A DNA stretch of 64,000 nucleotides, taken from contig CAVWIH010000017.1 in the NCBI GenBank assembly GCA_963755025.1, positions 54,078 through 118,077 of the forward strand. The letters are read 5' to 3'. Shown one piece after another: positions 22,191 to 33,369 of the stretch. This DNA is from an uncultured Actinomycetes bacterium (GTDB lineage: Bacteria > Actinomycetota > Thermoleophilia > UBA2241). Within the stretch, counting starts at the first letter, position 1. Each line of letters begins with the position of its first letter. Below the pieces are notes generated by a model. It was not told the DNA's origin. It did no database searches and saw only the letters and a list, made by a program, of their open reading frames with translations. The position numbers were made by a program, and so were the translations under genes.

Positions 22191-25100
22191 ATGACGCAGG
22201 CCACCGACACTCGCAACCCGACTCTCTTTCTCGGCGACCGTGCGCGGCTCGAGACGGCGCTGGCCGCCTGGATCGCGGCGGTCAAACGCGACGACCCCCT
22301 CCGCGAGGTCGTCGTGGCGACCGGCTCCAACCTCGCGTGCGGTCACCTCTCGCGCGCCGTCGCGCGCGAGCTCGGCGCCCACGCCGCCGTGCGCTTCGTC
22401 TCCATCCACGCTTTAGCGCCCACGCTTGCCGCCGACTCTCTCGAGCGCGACGGCGCGCGGCTGCTCTCGCCCCTGCTGCGCGAGCGGCTGGTGGCGGCGC
22501 TGGTCGCGCGCCGCGCCGGCGAGACCTGGTATTTCGCCCCGGTCGCGCGCACACCCGGCCTGTCGCGCGCCCTGCTGCGCACCATCGACGACCTGCGTCA
22601 CGCCGGCGTGCCGGCCGACGCGCTGGCGGCGCTCAAGTCGCGCAAGGGCGCCGACCTCAAGGCGTTCTACGGCGACTACGTCGCCGCCCTGCAGCGCCGC
22701 GGGCTGGTCGACGACGCCGGTCTCTACGAGCTCGCCGCCCGGGCCGCGGCGCGCGGCGCGGCGCCGGTCGGCTCCGGCGTGGCCGTCGCCCTGTTCGGCC
22801 TCTACGACCTGCCGGCCATGCAGGCGGGGCTCGTCACTGCCCTCGCCACACACCGTACCTTCGCCGCGTTCCTGCCCTGGGCCGACGGCATCCGCCCCTA
22901 CGCCGCGCCCGCTCGAGCCTTCCTCGAAGGCCTGGGGCTCGAGCCGCACGAGCTCGCTTCAAGCGACGAGGTCGGGGAGCGCGACGAGGCCGGGGCGTGT
23001 GCCGAGGCCGGAGCGCGTGCCGAGCCCGCCCAGTCGGGGGCTCGCGAACCTCGCCGCGAACCCCCCTTGCCGACCGCGCCCGTCGGCGCCCAGCTCTCGC
23101 TCGACGTCGTACCGACCAGCGTGGGCGACGTGTCGCCGGAGCCCGCCGCGGCCGTGCCGGTCGTGAGTGTGGCAGCCGTCGCTACGCCCCTGAGCGGCAC
23201 GGTGGCCGCCGGCTGTCGGCTGCGCATCGTGTCGGTCGCCGACGACGTGGCCCAGCGCCGCGCCGTCGTCGCCACGCTGCTCGACGCCGCCGCGAACGGC
23301 ATCGCCTTCTACGAGATGGCCGTCGTGGCCGCCGACCGGCAGGGTCGCGACCGGCTCGCCGGCGCGGCGCGCGCCCAGGGCATTGCGGTGGCGGCGCGTA
23401 CGGCCGCCGACGACGTCGCGGCACGCACCTGCCGCCTGCTGCTCGACTGCGTCCTGCCGGCCGCCGGGCGACCACTGCGGCGCGACGCCGTGATCGACCT
23501 TGCCGCCACCGCGCCGCGGCTGTCGCTCGCGGTCGACGCCGCCGGCCTTGCTCTCTGGGACGACCTCTCGCGGCGCGCCCGTATCGTCGCCGACGACGAA
23601 TGGTTCGACCGTCTGGGGCGCCTCGAGTACTCGCTCGGCGAGCGCCGCCGACGCGAGGCCGAGGTGGCGCAGGGCGTCGTGGCGCCCGACCAGGCGGCTG
23701 CGCCCTCGGCTGGGCCCGACCAGGCGGCGGCCGCCGCCTCACTGCGCGAGTTCGCCGGCCGCCTGCGCGGCCTGCGGCGCCGCCTGATGGGCGCCAGCAG
23801 CTGGCGCCAGGCGACGCATTTCTTCACCGAGGCCGCTCGCGAGCTCTGCGGTGTGCCGCCCGACGATCCGGTGTTGGCGGCTCTGGCCGAGCTTGCCGAC
23901 GTCGGTCTGGTCGACGACATCGGCCCGCGCGGTGCGTTTGCCGCCGTGGCGCGGCGCGCGCTGTCACTGGTCGAGACGCCCACGACGGCCCGCGTAGGTC
24001 GCGATGGCGTGGCGATCCTCTCGCCGCAGCAGCTGCGCGGCCTGTCGTTTCGCCTGCTCGTGTTCTGCGACTTGGCTGAAGGCGGGTTCCCGCCGCGCCC
24101 GACGCCCGACCCGGTGCTGCTCGACGGCGAGCGCCAGGCCGTTGCCGCTGCCTGCGGCGCCCGGCTGCCCGACAGCGCCGAGCTGCCCGCCGAGCACGAC
24201 GCCCTCTTCGCCCTGGCCCTCGGGGCGGCCACCGAGCGGCTCGAACTGCTCTACCCGCGCCTCGACTCCTCGACCGGGCGCCCGCGCCTGCCGTCGCGGG
24301 CGCTGCTCGGCCTCGCCCGCGAGCTCGCCGGCGGCCCGGTGCGCTTTGAGCAGCTCGACACTCCAGGCGAGCTCGGCGGCGTCGTGCATCGGGTGGGCGC
24401 CGGGCTGGGCGAGCCCATCGACCTGCGCGACTTCGACCTCGAGCGACTCACCACCGCGACCGTGCCGCGGGCAAAGCCGCCGTGGCTTGCCGCCTACGCC
24501 GCCGCAGTGCTGGGAGTGGGGCGGACCGAGCGCGGCGCGGCGGCGGCCGGCGGCCGCCGCCGCGCCGCGCTCGGTCCCTACGACGGCATGCTGTCGGCCG
24601 CCAATGCCGCTCGGGCGGCGGCCGCCGTGTTCGGGGCGCCGCTCTCGCCGAGCGCGCTACAGTCGTACCTGTCCTGTCCCTTCGCCTTCTACCTGCGCTA
24701 CGTGCTCGGCTTGCAGGTGCCCGACGACCCCGACGAGACGCTCTCGATCGAGCCGGTCGACCTGGGCAGCCTGGCGCACGAGATCCTGCAGGGGTCCTAC
24801 GCGGCCGCCGTGCAGGGCGGCGACGTGAGCGCCGAGCGCGTTCTGGCCGAGCTCGATCAGGTCGCTGCCGCCGCCTTCGCGCGCGCCGAGGCGCGCGGCC
24901 TCACCGGCTTTCCCCTCGCCTGGCGCGTGCTGTCCGACGAGCTGCTCGTCGACCTGCGCCACGTCGTGGCCGCCGACCCCTGCTGGGTCGACGGCCCGCC
25001 GCCGGCGCGCTTCGAGTGGTCGTTCGGCGCCGCCACGGGCGCCGCTGCCGTCACGGGCGCCGCTGCCGCTACGGGCGCCGCTGCCGCTACGGGCGCCGCG

Positions 25101-25604
25101 CCCGAGCTGCTGGTCGGCGACCGCCTGGTGCGCTTTCGCGGGCGTATCGACCGCATCGATGCGAGCCCCGACGGGCGCCGCGTGCGCCTTGTCGACTACA
25201 AGACGGGGAGGGGCGCGACCGAGGTCGAGCGGGTGCGCGACGGTCACGACGTGCAACTTCCGGTCTACGTGCTGGCGCTGCTCGCCGCCGGCGAGCAGGT
25301 CCCCGACAGCCTTGTCGCCGAGTATCGCATGGTGCGCCGCAACTCCGGTTTTCGCAGCGTCCCGCTCGATGCCGCCGCCGACGAGGTGCGCGCTACGCTG
25401 GCCGCCACGCTGGCCGTCGCGGTGAGCGGCATCGAGGCCGGCGTGTTCCCGCGCTGGCCGCAACGTGCCTGCGACTACTGCGACGCCTCGGCGAGCTGCG
25501 GCGCCGACCCCATCGCCTTTCGCCGCAAGCGCGTCGACCCCCGCCTGCGCGACCTGCTCGACTTCAAAGAGCCGGTCGCCGCCGACCCCGGTGGCGAGCC
25601 GTGA
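22191..25604 (+). CDS. addB: AddB-like subunit: degenerate helicase fold plus PD-(D/E)XK nuclease with Fe-S cysteines
   Basis: SPSAL..Y.SCPF, GRIDRID, VDYKTG, QLPVY, CDYCD...C motifs; coupled to the addA-like gene. Confidence 0.78.
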   Translation: MTQATDTRNPTLFLGDRARLETALAAWIAAVKRDDPLREVVVATGSNLACGHLSRAVARELGAHAAVRFVSIHALAPTLAADSLERDGARLLSPLLRERLVAALVARRAGETWYFAPVARTPGLSRALLRTIDDLRHAGVPADALAALKSRKGADLKAFYGDYVAALQRRGLVDDAGLYELAARAAARGAAPVGSGVAVALFGLYDLPAMQAGLVTALATHRTFAAFLPWADGIRPYAAPARAFLEGLGLEPHELASSDEVGERDEAGACAEAGARAEPAQSGAREPRREPPLPTAPVGAQLSLDVVPTSVGDVSPEPAAAVPVVSVAAVATPLSGTVAAGCRLRIVSVADDVAQRRAVVATLLDAAANGIAFYEMAVVAADRQGRDRLAGAARAQGIAVAARTAADDVAARTCRLLLDCVLPAAGRPLRRDAVIDLAATAPRLSLAVDAAGLALWDDLSRRARIVADDEWFDRLGRLEYSLGERRRREAEVAQGVVAPDQAAAPSAGPDQAAAAASLREFAGRLRGLRRRLMGASSWRQATHFFTEAARELCGVPPDDPVLAALAELADVGLVDDIGPRGAFAAVARRALSLVETPTTARVGRDGVAILSPQQLRGLSFRLLVFCDLAEGGFPPRPTPDPVLLDGERQAVAAACGARLPDSAELPAEHDALFALALGAATERLELLYPRLDSSTGRPRLPSRALLGLARELAGGPVRFEQLDTPGELGGVVHRVGAGLGEPIDLRDFDLERLTTATVPRAKPPWLAAYAAAVLGVGRTERGAAAAGGRRRAALGPYDGMLSAANAARAAAAVFGAPLSPSALQSYLSCPFAFYLRYVLGLQVPDDPDETLSIEPVDLGSLAHEILQGSYAAAVQGGDVSAERVLAELDQVAAAAFARAEARGLTGFPLAWRVLSDELLVDLRHVVAADPCWVDGPPPARFEWSFGAATGAAAVTGAAAATGAAAATGAAPELLVGDRLVRFRGRIDRIDASPDGRRVRLVDYKTGRGATEVERVRDGHDVQLPVYVLALLAAGEQVPDSLVAEYRMVRRNSGFRSVPLDAAADEVRATLAATLAVAVSGIEAGVFPRWPQRACDYCDASASCGADPIAFRRKRVDPRLRDLLDFKEPVAADPGGEP

Positions 25605-28600
25605 CCCAGACCCGCGACGGCATCGACACGTCGCCGGTCGCCGCCGGCGCCGCCTTCAGGCCGGTCGACCACGACGTACGGCAGCGCGCCACGACCGACC
25701 TCGACACGACCTTCTTAGTCGAAGCCGGCGCCGGCACCGGCAAGACCAGCGTGCTGGTCGACCGCTACCTCGCCTGCCTGTCGGGCCCCGACGCGCCGCC
25801 CATCTCGTCGGTGGTCGCCATCACCTTCACCGAGAAGGCCGCCGGCGAGCTGCGCCAGCGCATCCGCGGCGCCCTCGAGGCGCGGCTCGCGGGGCCCGAC
25901 GCGGTGAGCGCGGCCCGTGCTGCGCCCGAGCGCGAGCGCCTCGCCGCCGCGCTCGACGGTCTCGACGACGCCCCTATCTCCACCATCCACGCCTTTGCCG
26001 CCCGCCTGCTGCGCGAACGACCCGTCGAAGCGGGCGTCGACCCCGCCTTCACGCAACTCGACCCGGTCGGTTCCGAGCTGTTGCGCGAGCGCCTGTGGCG
26101 CGACTGGCTGTCGGCCCTGCTCGACGACGATCGCGCGGGCGCCCGCGCCGCGGGCCACGACGCCGATGGCGCCGGGGGCGACGTCTCTGGCGCCCTCGAC
26201 GGCGAGGCCGCTGCCCGCCACGATGCCGCGGCCCGCCACGAAGCCGCGATCCGCCGCGATGCTGCGGCCCTCTCCGACTCCGGCGGCGCGGCCGACCCCG
26301 ACAGGCCGGGCGCCGGCGTGGCCGCCCTGCTGGCCGAGATCCTGCGCGCCGGCGTTAGCATCGAGCAGGTCGCCGGCCTCGCCCGGTTGCGCTTCGCCGA
26401 GCGCTACGCCGTCGACGACGCGGCCCCGCCCGCGGCGCCCGAGCTCGGCGTGGCCATCGCGACGCTCAAGGTCGCGGCGGCCGCGGTCGCCGACGCTACC
26501 CGCGAATGCGCCGACGACGCCGACCGGCTCAAGAGCGGCAGCCTCGGTCTGGCCGGCGCGGTCGCGGCGCTGCCCGGCAGCGACGACCTGCACCGACTCG
26601 GCCGCGCGCTCACCGCCCTCGCCGCCCGCGCCGGCTCGTTCGCCGCTCGCAACGCCGGCAAGGCGGCCAACTGGCCGGGCGGCAAAGACGCCATGCTGGC
26701 GACCCGCGACGCCCTGCGCGACGACTTGCGGGCCGCGGCCGACGACTACGGCGCGTACGTCGTCGGTCTTGCCCTGGCGGTGGCCGCCGACTTCTCGCGC
26801 TACGCCTCGCAGGCGCAACGCAACGCCGGCGCGCTCGACTTCGACGACCTGCTCGGGCGCGCTCGCGACCTGCTGTCGGGTGTGCGCGAGCCCGACAAGG
26901 CCAGGGTCGTCGCGACCCGCCGTCACTTTCAGCGCCGCTACCGCTACCTGCTGCTCGACGAGTTCCAGGATACCGATCCGCTGCAAGCCGAGATCGCCTT
27001 TCTGCTCGCCGAGCGCGAGGCCACCGCGAAGAGCTGGGGCGAGGTCGAGCTGCAACCCGGCAAGCTGTTCCTGGTGGGCGACCCCAAACAGTCGATCTAC
27101 CGCTTTCGACGGGCCGATATCGCCATGTACCACGAGGTCGGCGAGCTGCTCAGGCGCCAGGGCGGCGAGGTCCTCACCCTGCGCCAGAACTTCCGCACGG
27201 TGGCCTCGGTCGTCGGCTGGGTCAACGGCGCGTTCGACGAGCTCATCGGCCCCGACGAGCTGCCGGGCCTGCAGCCGGCCTACTCGGCGCTCACGCCCGC
27301 GCGGGCCGACGGCGAGCCCGGCCGCAACGTGGTCGTGGTCGCGGCGCCGGAGGGCGCGCCCGGCGCCGGCGCCGAGGCGCGCGCGCCGATCCTGGCCGAC
27401 CTTTGTCGCCGCGAGGCCGACCTCATCGCCGCCCTGCTCACCGACCGCGAGCGCCTGGGCTGGCGCGTGCACGCGGGCAAAGGTCCGCACGACGGCTGGC
27501 GCACCGCGCAGCCGGGCGACGTCGCCATCCTGCTGCCCACCTTCACCTTCGTCGGCTTCTACGAACAGGCGCTGCGCGAGGCCGGTCTGCCGTACCGGGT
27601 CGACGGCGGCCGCACCTTCTTCAACCGGCGCGAGGTGCTCGACACGCTGGCGGTGCTCCAGGCGCTCGACACGGCCGCCGACCCCGTCGCCGTCTACTCG
27701 GCCCTGCACGGGCAGCTCTTCGCGTTCTCCGACGACGACCTCTACGAGTACCACGCCGCCGGCGGCGAGTTCGACTACCTGGGCGCCGCGGCGCCGGCCG
27801 GATTCCCCGACATCGCCGCGGCGCTCGCCGATCTGCGCGCGCTCCACGAGCGGCGCAACCTGCGGCCGCCCGCCGAGACGCTCGACGACCTGGTGCGCCG
27901 CACCGGCCTGCTCGAGAGCCTCGCCCTGTGGGCCGACGATCCCGACCAGGCCATCGGCAACATCGCCGAGCTCGTGTCGCTCGCCGACGAGTTCGCGCAG
28001 AGCGCCGAGGCCACGTTCCACGCCTTCGTGGCCAAGACGGCGCATGACGTGTCGGCCGCCGACACCGCCGAGTCGCCGGTCGGCGAACCCGGCGCCTTCG
28101 TGCGCCTCATGACCGTCCACAAGGCCAAGGGTCTCGAGTTCCCCATCGTCGTGCTGGCCGGCGCCATGCGCGCCGCCCGATCCGCGAGTCGCGACCCGCT
28201 CGTCGATCGCGGCGCCCGGCGGCTCGACTGCGCGCTCACCTGCCCCTCGCCCGATCCCGGCAAGCCGGGCGCCACCGTGCGCCTGCAGACGGCCGGCTAC
28301 GAACCGCGCTTCGCCCTCGAAAAGCAGGCCCTCGAACACGAACGCGTGCGGCTTCTCTACGTGGCGCTCACCAGGGCCGCCGACCTGCTCGTGCTGCCGG
28401 TCGTCACCGCCGATCCGGGCGCCGGCTCCTTGCAGTCGCTCTGGCAGGCGACGTTGCCCGAGGGCGTCTTGGCGGCGGCGGTCGCGAGCCCGAGCGCGCC
28501 CGACGACCTCCCCGGCGATGCGTCCATGGGTCTGTCCGACGAGCCGCCCGGCGACGAGTCCGGCGCCGCGGACGGCCACGCCTTCCTGCGCGTCGAGAGG

Positions 28601-29485
28601 TGGCAGCCGCACGAAGCGGCCGAGCTGCCGGCGCCGCCGCGCCCGCCCGACGCCGACCCGTTGCCCCTGCGCGAGGCGTGGCGCGAGGAGCGCCGTGCGC
28701 TCCTCGCGCGGGCCTCGCGCGCCGCGCCGATCTTCGCGCCGAGCTCCCTCGAACGCCTCGAAGCGCCCGACTGGGGCGACGGCGTCGGCCTCGCACCGAC
28801 GGTCGCCTTGGCGCCGGCGGCCGGCCTCGCGGCGCCGCCCGCCGATCTCGCGGCCCAGGCCACCGGCCCCGCGCCGACGAGCGCTCACCTTGCGGCAGCA
28901 GCCGGCGCCGCGCCGGGCGCGGCGGGTCCCGGCTCAGGCCGCGCCCACGCGCTGGCCCTGGGCACGGCCGTCCACTTCGTGCTCGAACGCGTCGACCTCG
29001 ACGACGACGCCGGGCTCGACGGGCTCGCCGCACAGGCCGCCGCTCAGGCGCACCTGTCCGACGACGCCGGCCGTGTCGCGACCCTGGCGCGCGCCTGTTG
29101 GCGGGCGGCGCCGCTGCGCGGCGCCGCCCGCAGCGCCCACCACCGCGAGCTGGCCGTCTGCGCCCGCCACGGCGACTGGCTGATCGAGGGCGCCATCGAC
29201 CTCATCTACCGCGACGACGAGCTCGGCGGCTGGGTCGTCGTCGACTACAAGACCGACGCCCGCCCGCGCCCCGAAGCGGTGGGCGCCCAGTACGGCGGAC
29301 AGGCGGGCGCCTATGCCCTGGCCTTCGAGGCCGCCGGCGGCGGGCCGGTGGTCGCCGTGCGCGTGCTGCTGGCGGCGCTGCCCGACGCGGCCGGCGCGGC
29401 GACGGTGGTCGACCTGCCCGTCGACCAGGCCCTGCGCGACCTCGTCGAGTCGCGTCTGCGCGAGGGCGCCGCCGTAACGTCGTAG
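25601..29485 (+). CDS. addA: AddA-like UvrD helicase plus RecB-type nuclease
   Basis: AGAGTGKT, TFTEKAA, STIHAF, DEFQD, VGDPKQSIYRFR, TVHKAKGLEF, LLYVALTRA, GAIDL..VVDYKTD motifs; GTGA overlap with addB. Confidence 0.88.
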   Translation: MTQTRDGIDTSPVAAGAAFRPVDHDVRQRATTDLDTTFLVEAGAGTGKTSVLVDRYLACLSGPDAPPISSVVAITFTEKAAGELRQRIRGALEARLAGPDAVSAARAAPERERLAAALDGLDDAPISTIHAFAARLLRERPVEAGVDPAFTQLDPVGSELLRERLWRDWLSALLDDDRAGARAAGHDADGAGGDVSGALDGEAAARHDAAARHEAAIRRDAAALSDSGGAADPDRPGAGVAALLAEILRAGVSIEQVAGLARLRFAERYAVDDAAPPAAPELGVAIATLKVAAAAVADATRECADDADRLKSGSLGLAGAVAALPGSDDLHRLGRALTALAARAGSFAARNAGKAANWPGGKDAMLATRDALRDDLRAAADDYGAYVVGLALAVAADFSRYASQAQRNAGALDFDDLLGRARDLLSGVREPDKARVVATRRHFQRRYRYLLLDEFQDTDPLQAEIAFLLAEREATAKSWGEVELQPGKLFLVGDPKQSIYRFRRADIAMYHEVGELLRRQGGEVLTLRQNFRTVASVVGWVNGAFDELIGPDELPGLQPAYSALTPARADGEPGRNVVVVAAPEGAPGAGAEARAPILADLCRREADLIAALLTDRERLGWRVHAGKGPHDGWRTAQPGDVAILLPTFTFVGFYEQALREAGLPYRVDGGRTFFNRREVLDTLAVLQALDTAADPVAVYSALHGQLFAFSDDDLYEYHAAGGEFDYLGAAAPAGFPDIAAALADLRALHERRNLRPPAETLDDLVRRTGLLESLALWADDPDQAIGNIAELVSLADEFAQSAEATFHAFVAKTAHDVSAADTAESPVGEPGAFVRLMTVHKAKGLEFPIVVLAGAMRAARSASRDPLVDRGARRLDCALTCPSPDPGKPGATVRLQTAGYEPRFALEKQALEHERVRLLYVALTRAADLLVLPVVTADPGAGSLQSLWQATLPEGVLAAAVASPSAPDDLPGDASMGLSDEPPGDESGAADGHAFLRVERWQPHEAAELPAPPRPPDADPLPLREAWREERRALLARASRAAPIFAPSSLERLEAPDWGDGVGLAPTVALAPAAGLAAPPADLAAQATGPAPTSAHLAAAAGAAPGAAGPGSGRAHALALGTAVHFVLERVDLDDDAGLDGLAAQAAAQAHLSDDAGRVATLARACWRAAPLRGAARSAHHRELAVCARHGDWLIEGAIDLIYRDDELGGWVVVDYKTDARPRPEAVGAQYGGQAGAYALAFEAAGGGPVVAVRVLLAALPDAAGAATVVDLPVDQALRDLVESRLREGAAVTS

Positions 29486-29553
29486 TCGTGCGCCGGCGCC
29501 CGGGGCGGTGGGGCAGAGGCCGCCGCGCGATCCGCCAACGCGCCCCCCGCCTC

Positions 29554-29652
29554 AACGTGCGCCCCGCCGACGTGCGCCCCGCCAGCGTGCGCCCCGCCAG
29601 CGTGCGCCCGCCAACGTGAGCCCGCCAACGTGAGCCCGCCAACGTGAGCCCG
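29554..29652. repeat. 14-17 bp degenerate tandem repeat (about 7 copies)
   Basis: Units such as ccgccaacgtgagc and ccccgccagcgtgcg. Confidence 0.85.
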
Positions 29653-29737
29653 GGCAAACGGTGCCCTCCTTGATGCCCGCCCGCCCCCGATGTAGCTTGG
29701 GCGGGGCTGGAATCTGGCCACTACAGGGGGGGTCACC

Positions 29738-31697
29738 ATGCGCAGGTCATTGCGACTGATCGCCATGTCGCTCGTGCTCGGCGCGGCTCTTGCCGTGCTG
29801 CTGGTCACGAGCGCCGCAGCCGCTCCCGAGGGCAGTGCCAAGGTGAGCGGCAGCGTGCCGCCCTGGGCCAAGGCGGCGGCGCTGACGGCGCCCGCCGACG
29901 GGTCTGCCGCGGTGGGCTTTCACGTCTACCTGGGCTGGCGCCACGGCGCCGACGTCACCGCGCTCGCCAAGGCGGTCTCCGACCCCTCGAGCGCGCGCTA
30001 CGGCCGTTACCTGAGCCCGGCGCAGTTCCGCGCGCGCTTCGCGCCCAGTCGGGCCGACGTCGCCGCCGTCGTGCGCTGGCTCAAGAGCCAGGGATTCACG
30101 ATCGCCGGCATCCCGGCGAACCGTCTTTACGTAGCCGCCACGGGCACCGTCGCGCAGGCCGAGATCGCCTTCCGCGTGCAGTTGAACGAGTACAGCGTCC
30201 AGGGCCTCACGCTGCGCGCGCCCGCGTCGGCCGTGAGCATCCCGGCGTCGCTCTCCGGCGTGGTCACCGCCGTGGTCGGTCTCGATCAGGGCGGCGAGCT
30301 CACCCACCCGCTGAGCAGCAGGATCATCGCGCCGCCACCGGCCGGCTTTCGCAACGGCCAGCCGTGGTCGCTGTTCTGGGGCCAGACGATCGCCACGACC
30401 CTGCCCAAGGCCTACGGCAGCGCCCAGCCTTACGCGGTGCGCGGCTACACCCCGGCTCAGCTGCGCGGCGCCTACGGCGTGGCCAGGGCCATCAAGCGCG
30501 GCAACGACGGCAGCGGGGTGACCGTGGCGATCATCGACGCCTATGCCGCGCCGACCATCGTCTACGACGTGAATCGCTACTCCAAAGACAACGGCATCCC
30601 GACCTTCACCAGGGGACAGTTCACGCAGGTCTGGGCGCCCGGCCTGGTCGCCGAGCCCGCCCAGGGCGACGAGCAGGACTGGTACGGCGAGGAGACCCTC
30701 GACGTCGAGGCCGTGCACAGCATGGCGCCCGGCGCCCGCATCGTCTACGTGGGCGCCCTGACGAGCTCCGACACCGACATGGACGCCGCCCTGAACTGGG
30801 TCGTCGACCGTCGCGCCGCGCGCATCGTCAGCAACTCGTACGGCGACGCCGGCGAAGGAGTGCCGGCCGACCTCGTCAAGGCCGAGAGCGCGATCTTCGT
30901 GCAGGCCGCGGTCGAGGGCATCGGCCTCTACTTCTCGTCGGGCGACGACGGCGACGAGGTCGCCAACCTCGGTGAGCGCACGGTCGACTGGCCCACCTCG
31001 AGCCCCTGGATCACCGACGTCGGCGGCACCTCGCTGGGCGTGAACGCCCGGAACGGCTACGCTCTTCGAGACCGGCTGGGGCACCACCAAGAGCGTGCTC
31101 ACCGACAACGTCTGGACGCCCACGCCGCCCGGCGACTATCTCTACGGCAGCGGCGGCGGCACCAGCAAGCTCTTCGTCGAGCCCTGGTATCAGTTCGGCA
31201 TCGTGCCCAAGGCCATCAGCCACTACTTCTCGGTCGTTCCCGGGCGCGCCGTGCCCGACGTCGCCATGGACGGCGACCCCACGACCGGCATGCTCGTCGG
31301 CGAGACGCAGACCTGGTCAGACGGCAGCGTCTCCTACGACACCTATCGCATCGGCGGCACCAGCGTGTCGTGTCCGCTGTTCGCCGGCGTCATGGCGCTC
31401 GCCGACCAGCGGGCGGGCCACGCGCACGGCTTCGCCAACCCGGCGCTCTACGCGGCGCTGCGCCGGGGCGCCTACCGCGACGTCGTCGACCCGCCCGGCA
31501 TCATGGCGGCGGTGCGCAGCGACTTCGCCAACGGCGAAGACGCGACCGACGGCATCATCTACTCGCTGCGCACGTTCAACCAGACCGGCACGCTGCACAC
31601 CCTGCCCGGCTACGACGACGTGACCGGCATGGGCAGCCCCAACGGCGAGGCTTTCCTGAACGCGCTCAGTCGCTTCGGGTCGGGGCACAGGCACTAG
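29738..31697 (+). CDS. Secreted S53 (sedolisin/kumamolisin) peptidase; frameshift near 31062
   Basis: Signal peptide, pro-domain, EETLDVE, SNSYG, SSGDDG, VGGT; then in a second frame FETGW, GGGTS, PDVA, GGTS, GYDDVTGMGSP. Confidence 0.88.
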
Positions 31698-31896
31698 GTC
31701 CACACGGCGCGGTCCAGGCCGCGCCGAGCCAAGCCGCGCGAGCGGCGCCGACGAGCTCCAAGGCGGCAGCCGGCGAGCTCGAGCGGTCGCTACGCGGCTT
31801 GAACGACAGCGACCGGGCAGGGCTGGAGACGAGCGTCCCCAGCCTTGCCCGACGCCGCGCCTGGTTCCGGCGACCGATCGCACAAAGGAGGGCCCG

Positions 31897-33369
31897 ATGA
31901 GCACAGAAGAGCCCATCCTGCTGACCGGCGCCACCGGCTACATCGGTGGCCGCCTGGCGCCGCTGCTGGTGGCGGCCGGCCACCCCGTGCGCTGCCTGGT
32001 GCGCGACGCCGCCCGGCTGCGCGACCGGTCGTGGGCGGCCCAGGTCGAGATCGTCGAGGGCGACCTCTTCGCGCCGGCCACGCTGCCGGCCGCCCTGCAG
32101 GGCGTGGCGACCGCCTACTACCTGGTGCACGCCATGGCCGCCGGGGCCGGCTTTCGTGCGCGCGACCTGCAGGCCGCACGCGCCTTCGGCCGCGCCGCGG
32201 CCGACGCCGGGGTGGCCCGCATCGTCTACCTAGGCGGCCTCGGCGACCCGCGCGGCGGCGGCCTCTCCGAGCACCTGCGATCACGCCACGAGGTGGGCGG
32301 CGAGCTCGCCGCCTCGGGCGTGCCGGTCACCGAGTTCCGCGCGGCCGTCGTGGTCGGCGCGGGCAGCCTGGGGTTCGAGATGATCCGCTACCTCACCGAG
32401 CGGCTGCCGGTCATGGTCTGCCCGCGCTGGGTCTACACGCGGGTGCAGCCCATCGCGGTCGACGACGCGCTCGCCTACCTCGTGGGCGCGCTCGACCTGC
32501 CTCCGGGCGCCGGCGTGATCGAGATCGGCGGCGCCGACGTGCTCACCTACGGCGGCATGATGACGGGCTACGCCGCGGTGCGCGGCCTGCGCCGCCGCCT
32601 CGTGGCGGTGCCGGTGCTCACGCCGGTCCTGAGCTCTTACTGGGTGCACTTCGTCACGCCCATCCCCAGCGACATCGCGCGGCCCCTGATCGAGGGCCTG
32701 CGCAGCGAGGTCGTGGTGCGCGACGACACGGCCGCCAGCCTGTTCCCCGACATCCACCCGGTCGACTACGACACGGCCGTGCGGCGCGCCCTGCGCAACT
32801 TCGACGAAGGCCGCGTCGAGACAATCTGGAGCGACTCGCTGGCCAGCAGCCAGGCCGGCGAGAGGCCGGTCGTGCTGACCACCGCCGCCGGCTTTCTGAT
32901 CGAGCGTCGCGACCTCGATGTGCGGGCGTCCGACGAGCGCGTCTTCGCCGCCGTCTGCGGCATCGGCGGCGGCCGCGGGTATCCGTTCTGGAACTGGTCG
33001 TGGCGGCTGCGCGGCGGGCTCGACCGCCTGGTGGGCGGGGTGGGCCTGCGCCGCGGGCGGCGCGACCCCGACAAGCTGCGCGTCGGCGACGTGCTCGACT
33101 TCTGGCGCGTCGAAGCGCTCGTTCCCAACCGCCTGCTGCGGCTGCGCGCCGAGATGCGCGTGGCGGGCGGCGCCTGGCTGCAGTTCGAGTGCGAGCCGCG
33201 CGAGGGCGGCGTCACCAGACTCGCGCAGACCGCCTACTTCGCGCCGCACGGCCTCGCCGGGCTGCTCTACTGGTACGGGCTGTACCCCATCCACAAGGTG
33301 GTCTTCTCGGGCACCATCCGCGCCCTCGCGCAGGCCGCCGAGGCGGCGCCGCCTGTGGTCGGGCGATGA
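31897..33369 (+). CDS. NAD(P)-binding SDR-like oxidoreductase with C-terminal DUF2867-like domain
   Basis: TGATGYIGG, YYLVH, HLRSRHEV, DFWRVE, AEMR..G.AWL motifs. Confidence 0.85.
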   Translation: MSTEEPILLTGATGYIGGRLAPLLVAAGHPVRCLVRDAARLRDRSWAAQVEIVEGDLFAPATLPAALQGVATAYYLVHAMAAGAGFRARDLQAARAFGRAAADAGVARIVYLGGLGDPRGGGLSEHLRSRHEVGGELAASGVPVTEFRAAVVVGAGSLGFEMIRYLTERLPVMVCPRWVYTRVQPIAVDDALAYLVGALDLPPGAGVIEIGGADVLTYGGMMTGYAAVRGLRRRLVAVPVLTPVLSSYWVHFVTPIPSDIARPLIEGLRSEVVVRDDTAASLFPDIHPVDYDTAVRRALRNFDEGRVETIWSDSLASSQAGERPVVLTTAAGFLIERRDLDVRASDERVFAAVCGIGGGRGYPFWNWSWRLRGGLDRLVGGVGLRRGRRDPDKLRVGDVLDFWRVEALVPNRLLRLRAEMRVAGGAWLQFECEPREGGVTRLAQTAYFAPHGLAGLLYWYGLYPIHKVVFSGTIRALAQAAEAAPPVVGR